IMG/VR virus record: IMGVR_UViG_3300009370_000001
Source of the DNA: a virus
Lineage: Duplodnaviria; Caudoviricetes
Strand: one strand, 5' to 3'
Length of the DNA: 64,000 nt
This document shows positions 21,176-29,598 of this stretch, piece after piece; within the stretch, counting starts at the first letter, position 1, and every line of letters starts with the position of its first letter. A model generated the notes under the pieces. That model made no database searches and had not been told where the DNA came from. It saw only the letters and a list, made by a program, of their open reading frames with translations. Both the position numbers and the translations under genes were made by a program.

Positions 21176-21445
21176 ATGAAAGTAACAGCACTAAGGTGTA
21201 ACAATTGCAACACCCTAATTTATTCTCGTACTCGTCACGATATGAGAGGCTGCCGGTGTTGGAAGAACGATTACGATAACATCGGAATTGCAATTGACGG
21301 CGGGTTCGACTATTGCAAGGTTCACGCCAGTCCAAAATCAGACTATGATTTTATTGCCGAGTATGATCTTGGAGAGGTTGACAGGAAAACGCTTTATCAA
21401 GATTGGAACACTCGAACCGATAATTATGGGATGATTACAGAATGA
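21176..21445 (+). CDS. Small Zn-ribbon-type phage protein
   Basis: CNNC...SRTRHDMRGCRC...IAIDGGFDY pattern (CxxC...H...CxC...DGG.DY) seen in small phage proteins; no Shine-Dalgarno, probably leaderless. Confidence 0.7.
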   Translation: MKVTALRCNNCNTLIYSRTRHDMRGCRCWKNDYDNIGIAIDGGFDYCKVHASPKSDYDFIAEYDLGEVDRKTLYQDWNTRTDNYGMITE

Positions 21446-22020
21446 ACGAAGAAAACGACTTTAGACTTGTGAGAGCTTTCCCGCTCCTTTATGCAGATAG
21501 GGGCGGCTCTAAGCAATCAACGCTCATGTGTTGGGGCTTCTCGTGCGGCGATGGCTGGTTTGATCTTATCTGGGATCTCTCAGAGAAGCTTGAGCCGATC
21601 ATCAAGAAGTTTGTTGATGAAAATCCAAACCTTGAATGTTCGAATTGCGGCTGCAAGAAAGACAGACACTATGCTTGCAAGACCCGCAATCCCGGCAGGT
21701 GCCTATCGGTTCACGTCGATCCGGATTCAGATGAGGAGCCCCCTGGCAACTATTATGCTTGCTTCTGTGATAGTTATGTGTCAAGTCATCCAAGGGCTGT
21801 TCAGGTGAAAGAGAAGTTCGGATCGCTTAGGTTCTATATGACATCAGAAAACGACGAGATCCGCAGCCTAATCGGCGAAGCCGAAGCAAAATCGTGTGAA
21901 ACCTGCGAGGAATGCGGAGATCCCGGCAAAGAAAGAGACACAAGTTGGATCCGAACGCTCTGCGACGGATGCTATGAGAATTGGGAGCAGATCCGAGCAG
22001 CGAGATGGAGCAAAGAATGA
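21442..22020 (+). CDS. Conserved-type hypothetical protein with an inserted Cys/His module
   Basis: CGDGWFDLI...QVKEKFGSLRFY...TCEECG...W..TLC pattern; ATGA overlap with the previous gene. Confidence 0.7.
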   Translation: MNEENDFRLVRAFPLLYADRGGSKQSTLMCWGFSCGDGWFDLIWDLSEKLEPIIKKFVDENPNLECSNCGCKKDRHYACKTRNPGRCLSVHVDPDSDEEPPGNYYACFCDSYVSSHPRAVQVKEKFGSLRFYMTSENDEIRSLIGEAEAKSCETCEECGDPGKERDTSWIRTLCDGCYENWEQIRAARWSKE

Positions 22021-22262
22021 AACCAACACTTGAGTCTGGTGATATCATAATCCGTCGCGCAAGTAATGGTTGGATTGTATTTGTAGAATCAGAGCACGAG
22101 CCAGATCACTTTATCACTCTCCTTTATGAAATCCCCGACACTGAATTCGGGGAACAAGAGTGCTTTATGAACCTTTTAGGAGCAGAGTTCCCAGAGCAAT
22201 TTCAGTCAAAACATCGTGGCGGTATTCAAATGGAGTTGCGAACCAAGGGACGAGAGCATTAA
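22017..22262 (+). CDS. Hypothetical protein (81 aa)
   Basis: ATGA overlap with the previous stop (MKPTLESGDIIIRRASNGWIV...); preferred over the ORF-track start at 21981. Confidence 0.6.
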   Translation: MKPTLESGDIIIRRASNGWIVFVESEHEPDHFITLLYEIPDTEFGEQECFMNLLGAEFPEQFQSKHRGGIQMELRTKGREH

Positions 22263-22289
22263 GAAAAATATTGAAGTGATTGAAGAATA

Positions 22290-22511
22290 ATGAGCGAGAA
22301 CACCAAAAAAGAAGATTGGCAGAGACTAGAAATCACAGATGTGATCGACAATCCTGACGGAACTTCAACATTAGTTTTTGAACTCGAAGACGAGTTCAGA
22401 GAGTGGTTCAAGAAATCATTCGGATTAAAAAGGTGGAGCGACAAAAGGTTCGAGAAGGTGTTTCTTGAAGCAATTAGAGGCTATATAGAGAGGGAGACCG
22501 GAAAAGATTAA
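22290..22511 (+). CDS. Hypothetical protein (73 aa)
   Basis: Ends two bases before the second primase-end repeat; last gene of the inserted cassette. Confidence 0.55.
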   Translation: MSENTKKEDWQRLEITDVIDNPDGTSTLVFELEDEFREWFKKSFGLKRWSDKRFEKVFLEAIRGYIERETGKD

Positions 22512-22513
22512 TC

Positions 22514-22564
22514 TTTATCGATAGAGAAGACTATTTATTGATGAATTTACTCTCGGCAGTGTAG
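22514..22564 (+). repeat. Direct repeat copy 2: orphan primase 3' end (FIDREDYLLMNLLSAV*) containing an ACTATTTAT motif at 22530-22538
   Basis: Seven mismatches against copy 1: six synonymous (including TAA/TAG) and one D to E. Confidence 0.85.
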
Positions 22565-22574
22565 GAGAGCCCCG

Positions 22575-23633
22575 ATGAAAGTAACCAAATCAAAACTAAA
22601 GCAGATTATTAATGAAGAACTGGGACAAGAACTCCAAGAACTTTATATCCCTTTTATTGGCGGGAAACTTCCCGAGAAAGAATATGCAATCCGTAGGAAG
22701 CAGTTGGACGCCATTGGCGATATGGCAAATGACCTAAGCGCGGAAGAGGAAGAACAATTCTTAAGGTACGCGAGCCGGTTGGTAGCACCCAAGGAGGAAG
22801 GGGAAGGCTTTGTCCTGCTGAGCGACAGGATAGAAGCTGGTCTTCTAGGACAATTGTTTCAACAACTGAGGCGCCTTCTGTATGACCGTCACCCTAAACA
22901 TAAAGCACAGAGTCTTATGAACCGTTTTGATCAAAACGCAGATCGGTTGTCCAAAGAGTTGGGCGGACTAGCCCAAGAAATAGCCGATCAGAAAGCTGAT
23001 GCTGCGGCAAGAGAAAAGGCCGCCCGGGAAGAAAGGTATGAGAGGGAACAACGAGAAGAAGAAGAAGAAAAAGCAAGAGCGCGAAATAGGAGAGACGCAG
23101 AAGAAGCCCGTTCGGCGCAGGAGTACCTGAGTATGTCCGATGCAGAACGTACTCGACTGCGCAAGCGGTCAGGATCGTCGTCCCACCGCGTTAACCCCGG
23201 CTTTGCAGGCTCAGGAAACATGGGCTATGGAGAATCACTCGATAGGAGAATCCCAATGAAAGTAACCAAAGCACAACTTCAAGAGATCATCCTTGAAGAG
23301 CTTACAATCGCTTTAGACGAGCTTGGCGCTGGCAAAGGCGCCGGCATGAGCCTGCGCGCTGCCCAACTCGGTGGAACCGGACACGGCAAGCGCGATGAAG
23401 ACGAAGAATACGTCGATCCCGAAGTCGATCCTTATGAGAAAGCGCTGGAAGCTCCGTTGGCCGAAGAAGAGGATGACGAGTGGATTCAAGACGCAGAGAA
23501 AGATATTAAAAAGCGCGGCACCGAGGGTGTCTGCACTGGGGATAAATTTGGTGGTCCCACATGCAAGCCTGGAACGAAACGATACAACTTAGCAAAGACG
23601 TTCCGGAAGATGGCGAAAGACCGCAAAAAATAA
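22575..23633 (+). CDS. Putative internal head/cargo protein with two MKVTK..L..II.EEL leaders
   Basis: AGGAG RBS; leader MKVTKSKLKQIINEEL, a charged coiled coil, then a second leader MKVTKAQLQEIILEEL at residue 228. Confidence 0.7.
   Translation: MKVTKSKLKQIINEELGQELQELYIPFIGGKLPEKEYAIRRKQLDAIGDMANDLSAEEEEQFLRYASRLVAPKEEGEGFVLLSDRIEAGLLGQLFQQLRRLLYDRHPKHKAQSLMNRFDQNADRLSKELGGLAQEIADQKADAAAREKAAREERYEREQREEEEEKARARNRRDAEEARSAQEYLSMSDAERTRLRKRSGSSSHRVNPGFAGSGNMGYGESLDRRIPMKVTKAQLQEIILEELTIALDELGAGKGAGMSLRAAQLGGTGHGKRDEDEEYVDPEVDPYEKALEAPLAEEEDDEWIQDAEKDIKKRGTEGVCTGDKFGGPTCKPGTKRYNLAKTFRKMAKDRKK
23256..23633 (+). CDS. Probable nested in-frame product (125 aa) from an internal start
   Basis: Own AGGAG RBS at 23244-23248; 23243-23270 matches the upstream start region 22562-22589 at 25 of 28 nt. 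Confidence 0.55.
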   Translation: MKVTKAQLQEIILEELTIALDELGAGKGAGMSLRAAQLGGTGHGKRDEDEEYVDPEVDPYEKALEAPLAEEEDDEWIQDAEKDIKKRGTEGVCTGDKFGGPTCKPGTKRYNLAKTFRKMAKDRKK

Positions 23634-23637
23634 AAGC

Positions 23638-23666
23638 TTGACTCTTGCTTGACAATGAGTTATACT
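23638..23666 (+). promoter_or_regulatory. Sigma70-type promoter TTGACT-N17-TATACT
   Basis: -35 at 23638-23643 and -10 at 23661-23666; GGAGG RBS before the GTG at 23692. Confidence 0.75.
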
Positions 23667-23691
23667 ATAAGAGTATCTATGCGGAGGGTAC

Positions 23692-26600
23692 GTGAAGTTT
23701 GCACATATAAGTGATACTCATATCAAAAATCTGAAGTATCATTATGAATATCGAGTCATTTTTGAGCAGTTGTATGAAACGCTGCGGGAACAAAAAGTCG
23801 ATTACATTATACACTGTGGGGATATAGCCCACACCAAGACCCAGATCTCACCAGAGTTTGTTGAGATGTGTTCTGATTTTTTTCGCAGTCTCGCTGAGAT
23901 TGCACCAACCTATATCATTCTAGGAAACCATGACGGCAACCTAAAGAACAGCAGTCGTCAAGACGCACTGACACCGATTGTCGACGCGCTCAATCTGCCG
24001 ACACTGCACTTGCTTAAAGATTCAGGCGAGACTCATTTGAACGACGATTTCTGTTTGAATGTCTTGTCTGTTTTTGATCGAGACAACTGGATGAAGCCCA
24101 CCAATACTGACAAGATCAATATTGCACTTTATCATGGCTCAATCTCTAATTGTAAAACTGATACCAATTGGACGATGAGTTTTGGTGAAGATGATATATC
24201 TATCTTTGACGATTTTGATTTTTCTATGCTTGGTGATATTCACCGTCGCCAATTCCTAGATCACGATGGACGCGTTTGGTATGCTGGCTCAACTGTTCAG
24301 CAGAACCATGGCGAGACCAACGACAAAGGTATTCTCATTTGGGATATCAAATCTAAAGACGAATGGGACATTGAGCCGATTGTGTTTAAAAACCCTAAGC
24401 CGTTCTTTACAATCCCGCTCACACTCAAGGGGCGGATGCCTCGCAATCTCCAAGTACCCACTGGCGCACGCCTGCGATTGGTTAGTAACAATAACCTTCC
24501 GCTTAACACGATGCGCCGAGCAATGGACATTGCGAAGCATCGCTTTAAGCCCGAGAGCATCTCGTTTCTCAACAGAGCAGCAGGCGAGCGCGGTAATGTA
24601 GAAGATCTAACTGACGGTATTAAGACAGAAAACCTGCGAGACATTAAAGTCCAAGAAGAACTGATTGACGAGTTCCTTTCAGATTACCAGACCGATGCCA
24701 CAACCCTAGAGCGCGTGTTTGAGCTTAACAGCAAGTACAACAAGATTATCGAGGACCGAGAAGAGATCTCTAGAAACGTAAACTGGAGAATCAAGTCGTT
24801 TAAATGGGACAATCTGTTTAATTACGGAAAGGATAACTCCATCGACTTTGAAAACCTTAACGGCATCATTGGCGTTTTTGGAAAGAACTTCAGCGGCAAA
24901 TCTAGCATCATTGATGCGGCCCTGTATACATTGTTCAACACCACCTCAAAGAACGAGCGCAAAAACCTCAACGTTATTAATCAACATCAAGAATCTTGCG
25001 AAGGCGTTTTAGAGATCGAGATCGGACACAAAGTCTACAACATTAAGCGCACCTCTGAAAAATATACGAAACGCTTGAAAGGTGTTGAGACCTTAGAAGC
25101 CAAAACAGATTTGAACTTCGAAGTCTATGACCCTGTCACAGACGAGACAACATCCTTAAACGGCACCACACGCAATCAGACGGACGCAAATATTCGAAAG
25201 CACTTCGGGTCCATGGATGATTTTATGGTGTCTTCTCTGGCAAGCCAGCACGGTGCATTGGGATTCATTGATGAGGGTTCGACACGTCGAAAGGAAATCA
25301 TCGCCAAGTTCCTCGATTTGGAGCTGTTTGACCAAAAGTTTAAGATGGCCAAAGACGACTCTGTTGAGGCCAAGGCTCTCCTGCGCAAGTATGAGGATCG
25401 GGATTACAACACTGAGGTGCAGGCATTAGAAACCAGCTTGGAAGACTTGACTGTACAAGCGGAAACTAATCGCACAACTTGCGAGGATTATCGTAAAGAA
25501 CTTAAACTTCTGAACGAAGGAGCGAGACGCTTAGACGAGAAGATCAATTCTATTCCTGGCAAGCTTATTGACATCACAAAAGTCATGACAGAGCAAAAAG
25601 ATAAGCAAGTGTTGTCGAAGTTGTTGGAGGAGAAGATAACAAGCCAAACAGCACTGGCACTTGTCAAGCAGCAGAAAGTGGCAATATCAGAGAGCTTATT
25701 AGAGCTTATCGATCATGCCACCCTCACAGCCGACAAAGCAGAAATTGATACTTTAGATCATAGTATTATGAATCTTCGAGAAGAGATTGAAAAGATTGGC
25801 AAAAAGGAAAAGCTTTTGAAGAGTATCCCCTGCGGCGATTCTTATCCTTCGTGTCGATTTATCAAAGATGCCTATATTGACGTAGCTAACAAGCCAGGAA
25901 TTGAAGCAGACCTTCACGCGGCCGCTATGCGTTTAGAAACGTTGTCTCCTGACGACACAGCCGAAAAGCTTGAAGAGTATCGTTTAACGCAAGAACTGAT
26001 TGTAGAACTAAAGGCGGAAGTTGCCGCGCTGCAATTAGAATGCGAACGTAATAAGAACACAAAGGCCACAACTGATCAAGAATTGATCACTCTCACCACC
26101 AAGGTCGCTGAATATAAGCAAAACAAAAAGGTTATTGATGGACTTGAAAAAGTCATCAAAGAACGACAAGGTTACCAAACTAAGATCGAGACTAAAAAAG
26201 AAAAGATTGAAATCTGTGATAACGAGACATTAGAGATTGTACGACAGGTGGGTTCCTATGAAGAGAAGATTGAATCTCTCAAGGCTCAAAGTAAGGAGTA
26301 TCAAGACCTTCAGAATAGTTATGCGGCATACGATTTGCTTATGCAATGCATGCACCCTAACGGAATCGCTTACGATATTATCAAGAAAAAGATTCCAGTC
26401 ATTAACCAGGAGATTGCAAAAGTTCTCGCCAACATTGTTGAGTTCGAAGTGTTTTTTGAGACCAGCGGAAACAAGCTTGACATCTTTATTAAGCATCCTA
26501 AGCACGACGAACGGCCCATTGAAATGGCGTCAGGTGCAGAAAAGACAATGGCCGCGATGGCAATTCGTTTGGCTCTTTTAAGTGTTTCTTCACTTCCAAA

Positions 26601-26799
26601 GTCGGACTTGTTTATCCTCGATGAGCCGGGCACCGCATTGGACGAAGAAAATATGGAGGGTTTTATTAGGATCTTGGAACTAATTAAGGTATATTTTAAG
26701 AACGTTCTCTTGATCTCGCATTTAGACTCTCTCAAAGATTGCGTCGACATGCAGATTGTAATAGAAAAGAAAAAAGGCTACGCAAAGGTAAACCAATAA
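23692..26799 (+). CDS. Fused SbcD/Mre11 nuclease and SbcC/Rad50 ABC ATPase (T4 gp47+gp46-like)
   Basis: Metallophosphoesterase motifs HISDTH, HCGDIAH, ILGNHD, LGDIH, YAGS; then Walker A GKNFSGKSS, coiled coil, hook-like PCGDSYPSC, signature ASGAE, Walker B LFILDE, and LISH. Confidence 0.9.
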   Translation: MKFAHISDTHIKNLKYHYEYRVIFEQLYETLREQKVDYIIHCGDIAHTKTQISPEFVEMCSDFFRSLAEIAPTYIILGNHDGNLKNSSRQDALTPIVDALNLPTLHLLKDSGETHLNDDFCLNVLSVFDRDNWMKPTNTDKINIALYHGSISNCKTDTNWTMSFGEDDISIFDDFDFSMLGDIHRRQFLDHDGRVWYAGSTVQQNHGETNDKGILIWDIKSKDEWDIEPIVFKNPKPFFTIPLTLKGRMPRNLQVPTGARLRLVSNNNLPLNTMRRAMDIAKHRFKPESISFLNRAAGERGNVEDLTDGIKTENLRDIKVQEELIDEFLSDYQTDATTLERVFELNSKYNKIIEDREEISRNVNWRIKSFKWDNLFNYGKDNSIDFENLNGIIGVFGKNFSGKSSIIDAALYTLFNTTSKNERKNLNVINQHQESCEGVLEIEIGHKVYNIKRTSEKYTKRLKGVETLEAKTDLNFEVYDPVTDETTSLNGTTRNQTDANIRKHFGSMDDFMVSSLASQHGALGFIDEGSTRRKEIIAKFLDLELFDQKFKMAKDDSVEAKALLRKYEDRDYNTEVQALETSLEDLTVQAETNRTTCEDYRKELKLLNEGARRLDEKINSIPGKLIDITKVMTEQKDKQVLSKLLEEKITSQTALALVKQQKVAISESLLELIDHATLTADKAEIDTLDHSIMNLREEIEKIGKKEKLLKSIPCGDSYPSCRFIKDAYIDVANKPGIEADLHAAAMRLETLSPDDTAEKLEEYRLTQELIVELKAEVAALQLECERNKNTKATTDQELITLTTKVAEYKQNKKVIDGLEKVIKERQGYQTKIETKKEKIEICDNETLEIVRQVGSYEEKIESLKAQSKEYQDLQNSYAAYDLLMQCMHPNGIAYDIIKKKIPVINQEIAKVLANIVEFEVFFETSGNKLDIFIKHPKHDERPIEMASGAEKTMAAMAIRLALLSVSSLPKSDLFILDEPGTALDEENMEGFIRILELIKVYFKNVLLISHLDSLKDCVDMQIVIEKKKGYAKVNQ

Positions 26800-27707
26800 T
26801 GAAATTATTAATGGAAAATTGGCGAAAATTTGTCAATGAAACTGAAGAAAATCTTCACGAACTGGATAAGGGCGCGCTTTATGCGTTAAATAATCCAGGC
26901 ACTCCCTTGGCAACTTACGTCGCGGTACTTAAGAAATATGCGAATGATCCAGAATTTGATAAGATCGCCGGCGCAGGCCAAGCCGATGGCCAGCCGGCCG
27001 ATGAGGTGGCTAAGGTGCAGCCGGGCGCTATAGCTGCACAAGATCTCACAGCGACCCAAGCAGAAATTGGATTTGGAAATAGTCTGGCTGATCAGGTAGC
27101 TAATAAATACGACGCCACTAAAACTGCTCTTGGACTAAACGGATCTCCAATTGTTATGGCTTCGAAGTCAGGTCCAGTTCCAATTTTAGTATACAATGGA
27201 AAATATATTTTAGACGGGCATCACCGGTGGTCACAAATTATGATGGTCAATCCAGGTGGTACTGTTAAGGTCGACAATTTAACTGGACCCGCTATCGACA
27301 ATGAAGAAGAGGCTCTTAAGGTTATGCAATTCGCCATCGCTGCGACTGCTGACAAAGTAGTGACAAAGCCATTTGAGGGTGAAAATTTAATGCAAGCAAA
27401 CGAGCAACAAGTAGCGAACTTTGTTCTTAAAAATGTTACTGATGAAGTCTTGCAGCTTTTAGTTCAGGCTGAGAAGATTGAAAAACCAGATAAACGCCTC
27501 GCTGCCCAATATATTGCTGGTAATCTGCCGGTCATTAAGAAGTCTGCCGGCCGGTTCTCTCGCGAGAAAAGTATGCCTCAAGCCGGCGACTCTGGCGTTT
27601 CACAGGATGCGGTTAATCAAGCGCTTGGCACAGGCAAGGTTAACTTTGATAGCCCCAAGCCGGCCGACGCATATGGGAACCGCCCAGAGAAAAAAGCCGC
27701 AGAATAA
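26799..27707 (+). CDS. ParB/Srx-fold protein with an MKLLMENWRKFVNE leader
   Basis: LTATQAEI and PILVYNGKYILDGHHRW motifs; start at the TAATG overlap with the previous stop. Confidence 0.7.
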   Translation: MKLLMENWRKFVNETEENLHELDKGALYALNNPGTPLATYVAVLKKYANDPEFDKIAGAGQADGQPADEVAKVQPGAIAAQDLTATQAEIGFGNSLADQVANKYDATKTALGLNGSPIVMASKSGPVPILVYNGKYILDGHHRWSQIMMVNPGGTVKVDNLTGPAIDNEEEALKVMQFAIAATADKVVTKPFEGENLMQANEQQVANFVLKNVTDEVLQLLVQAEKIEKPDKRLAAQYIAGNLPVIKKSAGRFSREKSMPQAGDSGVSQDAVNQALGTGKVNFDSPKPADAYGNRPEKKAAE

Positions 27708-27722
27708 TAAACGGAGATTATA

Positions 27723-28850
27723 ATGAACAACCCTGACGATTTTGATTTTGCCGAGACAGCAACGGAAACCAATCCGCCTGCTCTCGAAACCCCTAAAACT
27801 AGTGAGTTCGACGACTTTGATTTCGTCGATCACTATGGAGACGATGAAGAAGTAACCCACGAGAATTTGCTTCCGGAGAACACTGTTCCCGCATCACTGA
27901 ACTGTGCCATTGTTGGCGTAGGTGGAGGTGGGGGCAAGATGGCCAAAGCCTTTCTCGATCTTGGCTACAACAGGACTCTGCTTGTTAATACCACTGCTAA
28001 AGATATCCCTGACGCTGTGGGTGATGAGCATGTGGTTTTGATTCCCGATGCCGATGGCATTGGAAAAGATGTGAATTTAGGAAAAGCTGTGTTTGATGCA
28101 AACAGTACAGTCGTAGAAGATGCCCTCCGCACAAAATTAGGCAAAGTTGACTGGCTGTTCGTTTGCGCTGGAGGTGGCGGTGGAACTGGTTCTGCCGTCG
28201 CTTCTCTACACAGCGTCTTTGAGCGCTACCTTAAGTCGGTACAAGCCGAAGGCGAGGTAGTATACATTACGTCGTGGCCGACCGCACAAGAATGCTTGAA
28301 TCCAACAATTAGCAAGAATGCGTTAGCTTTACTTAATGATGTTTCCCAGCACACTCACATCGTTTTGGACAACGAACGCCAAGTTAAATTGTTGCGCGGA
28401 AAGGTGGGGATGCTGAATCTGTTTCCTTCTGCCAACACGGCGTTTGCAAAGTTAATGACTCAAATTCTCAAACTCTCCAGCGATAAATCGCCGATTCAAT
28501 CGTTTGATACCAAAGATCTAGAAAGATGTTTGCGAACCCCACAAAGAATGTTTATTGGATCGACAATGGTAAAAGATCCCGCTACGCCAAACCTAGGCGC
28601 TACGATTCTTCAGAATTGTATGAAGCGTTCTCCGTGTCCCGCCCCCAAAGGTAAGCCCCAAACCGGCGCATTATTATTGATTGCGTCGTCTGAGATGGCA
28701 AACGATCCAGAGATTAGCAAACACATGGATGCAGCGATTGGATATGTTGGCGGCAGAACAGACACACTTTTTTCAGGTGTTTATATTAATGATAATGTAC
28801 CTGGGCTCGTTGCCATACTATGTATGAATGGGCTACCCAAAGGAAAATAA
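27723..28850 (+). CDS. Tubulin/FtsZ-family GTPase (PhuZ/TubZ-like) with an acidic N-terminal extension
   Basis: IVGVGGGGGKMA (T1), GIGKD, GGGGGTGS (tubulin signature), LDNE, NTAFA, and SFDTKDL at the T7-loop position. Confidence 0.85.
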   Translation: MNNPDDFDFAETATETNPPALETPKTSEFDDFDFVDHYGDDEEVTHENLLPENTVPASLNCAIVGVGGGGGKMAKAFLDLGYNRTLLVNTTAKDIPDAVGDEHVVLIPDADGIGKDVNLGKAVFDANSTVVEDALRTKLGKVDWLFVCAGGGGGTGSAVASLHSVFERYLKSVQAEGEVVYITSWPTAQECLNPTISKNALALLNDVSQHTHIVLDNERQVKLLRGKVGMLNLFPSANTAFAKLMTQILKLSSDKSPIQSFDTKDLERCLRTPQRMFIGSTMVKDPATPNLGATILQNCMKRSPCPAPKGKPQTGALLLIASSEMANDPEISKHMDAAIGYVGGRTDTLFSGVYINDNVPGLVAILCMNGLPKGK

Positions 28851-28853
28851 TAA

Positions 28854-29015
28854 ATGAGTACACCACGAGATTTAGCGCGAGATACATGGGCAAGAACGAA
28901 GCAGCTTGTTTTGCTTAACGGCGCATTAGAAGATTATGTCCTGCTCGCCGTTACGAAAGTAACGTGTTTGGCTATCGGACTTGCCGCTGGCTGGCACATG
29001 TGGGGAGGAGTATAA
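28854..29015 (+). CDS. Small membrane protein (53 aa), absent from the ORF track
   Basis: MSTPRDLARDTWARTKQLVLLNGALEDYVLLAVTKVTCLAIGLAAGWHMWGGV; fills the gap exactly. Confidence 0.6.
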   Translation: MSTPRDLARDTWARTKQLVLLNGALEDYVLLAVTKVTCLAIGLAAGWHMWGGV

Positions 29016-29360
29016 ATGAAAATCACCAAATCCCAATTGATGCAGATTATTAAAGAAGAAACATCTAGCTTAAACGAAATGCCGTATCGGCAAGGGGGTC
29101 GCCACGCCGGCTACGACGCCAATTGGCGCCGCACGTTTGGTGAGCCAGATCCCTCTCAAAAAGATACGGAAGCACAAGCCATTGCAGACATGGATGTGGG
29201 AATTGCGCGAGAGTTTGCGCAAGACGTTGTAGAATTTGTACGCCAGAATGTAGCTTCTGAGCAGGCACCAGCCCTGGCAGAAATGTCGATGGGGGACTTT
29301 TTGAGACTAGCTGCTGATTTAGCAGGCGATGAGCCGCTGGTAACACAAGTCGGAGAATAA
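29016..29360 (+). CDS. Putative head cargo protein with an MKITKSQLMQIIKEE leader
   Basis: GGAGG RBS; leader shared with 22575, 29362 and 33033. Confidence 0.7.
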   Translation: MKITKSQLMQIIKEETSSLNEMPYRQGGRHAGYDANWRRTFGEPDPSQKDTEAQAIADMDVGIAREFAQDVVEFVRQNVASEQAPALAEMSMGDFLRLAADLAGDEPLVTQVGE

Positions 29361-29361
29361 G

Positions 29362-29598
29362 ATGAAAGTAACCAAGTCCCAATTGATGCAGATCATCAAA
29401 GAGGAGATTACGAATATGAATCGTGGACTTCGAGAGTTTGCAGAATGGGTGATGGAAGTAAATGGACATATTGAAAGCTTGTCTGACGAATATGTATCGG
29501 CAGACGAATTGGCCACCGACGTTAATCTGTATGATTTATGGTACCAGGGAATCCCGGCTGCCGCGGCTGCGCAAGATCTTATAAGCGGTGACTATTGA
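29362..29598 (+). CDS. Putative head cargo protein with an MKVTKSQLMQIIKEE leader
   Basis: Leader nearly identical to 29016 at DNA level; acidic body. Confidence 0.7.
   Translation: MKVTKSQLMQIIKEEITNMNRGLREFAEWVMEVNGHIESLSDEYVSADELATDVNLYDLWYQGIPAAAAAQDLISGDY

Noticed and set aside
23649-23679. Second sigma70 promoter using TTGACA at 23649
   Set aside because: No acceptable -10 hexamer at 16-18 bp; the TTGACT-N17-TATACT pair fits better.
26739-26798. ORF-track upstream starts at 26739, 21981, 29648, 32072 and 39143
   Set aside because: They overlap upstream genes extensively; downstream ATGs at stop-start junctions (26799, 22017, 29729, 32093, 39188) fit better.
27723-28850. Evidence for a nucleus-forming (chimallin) phage
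   Set aside because: A tubulin alone is not sufficient. No shell gene is recognisable here, and the virion genes are T4-like rather than phiKZ-like.
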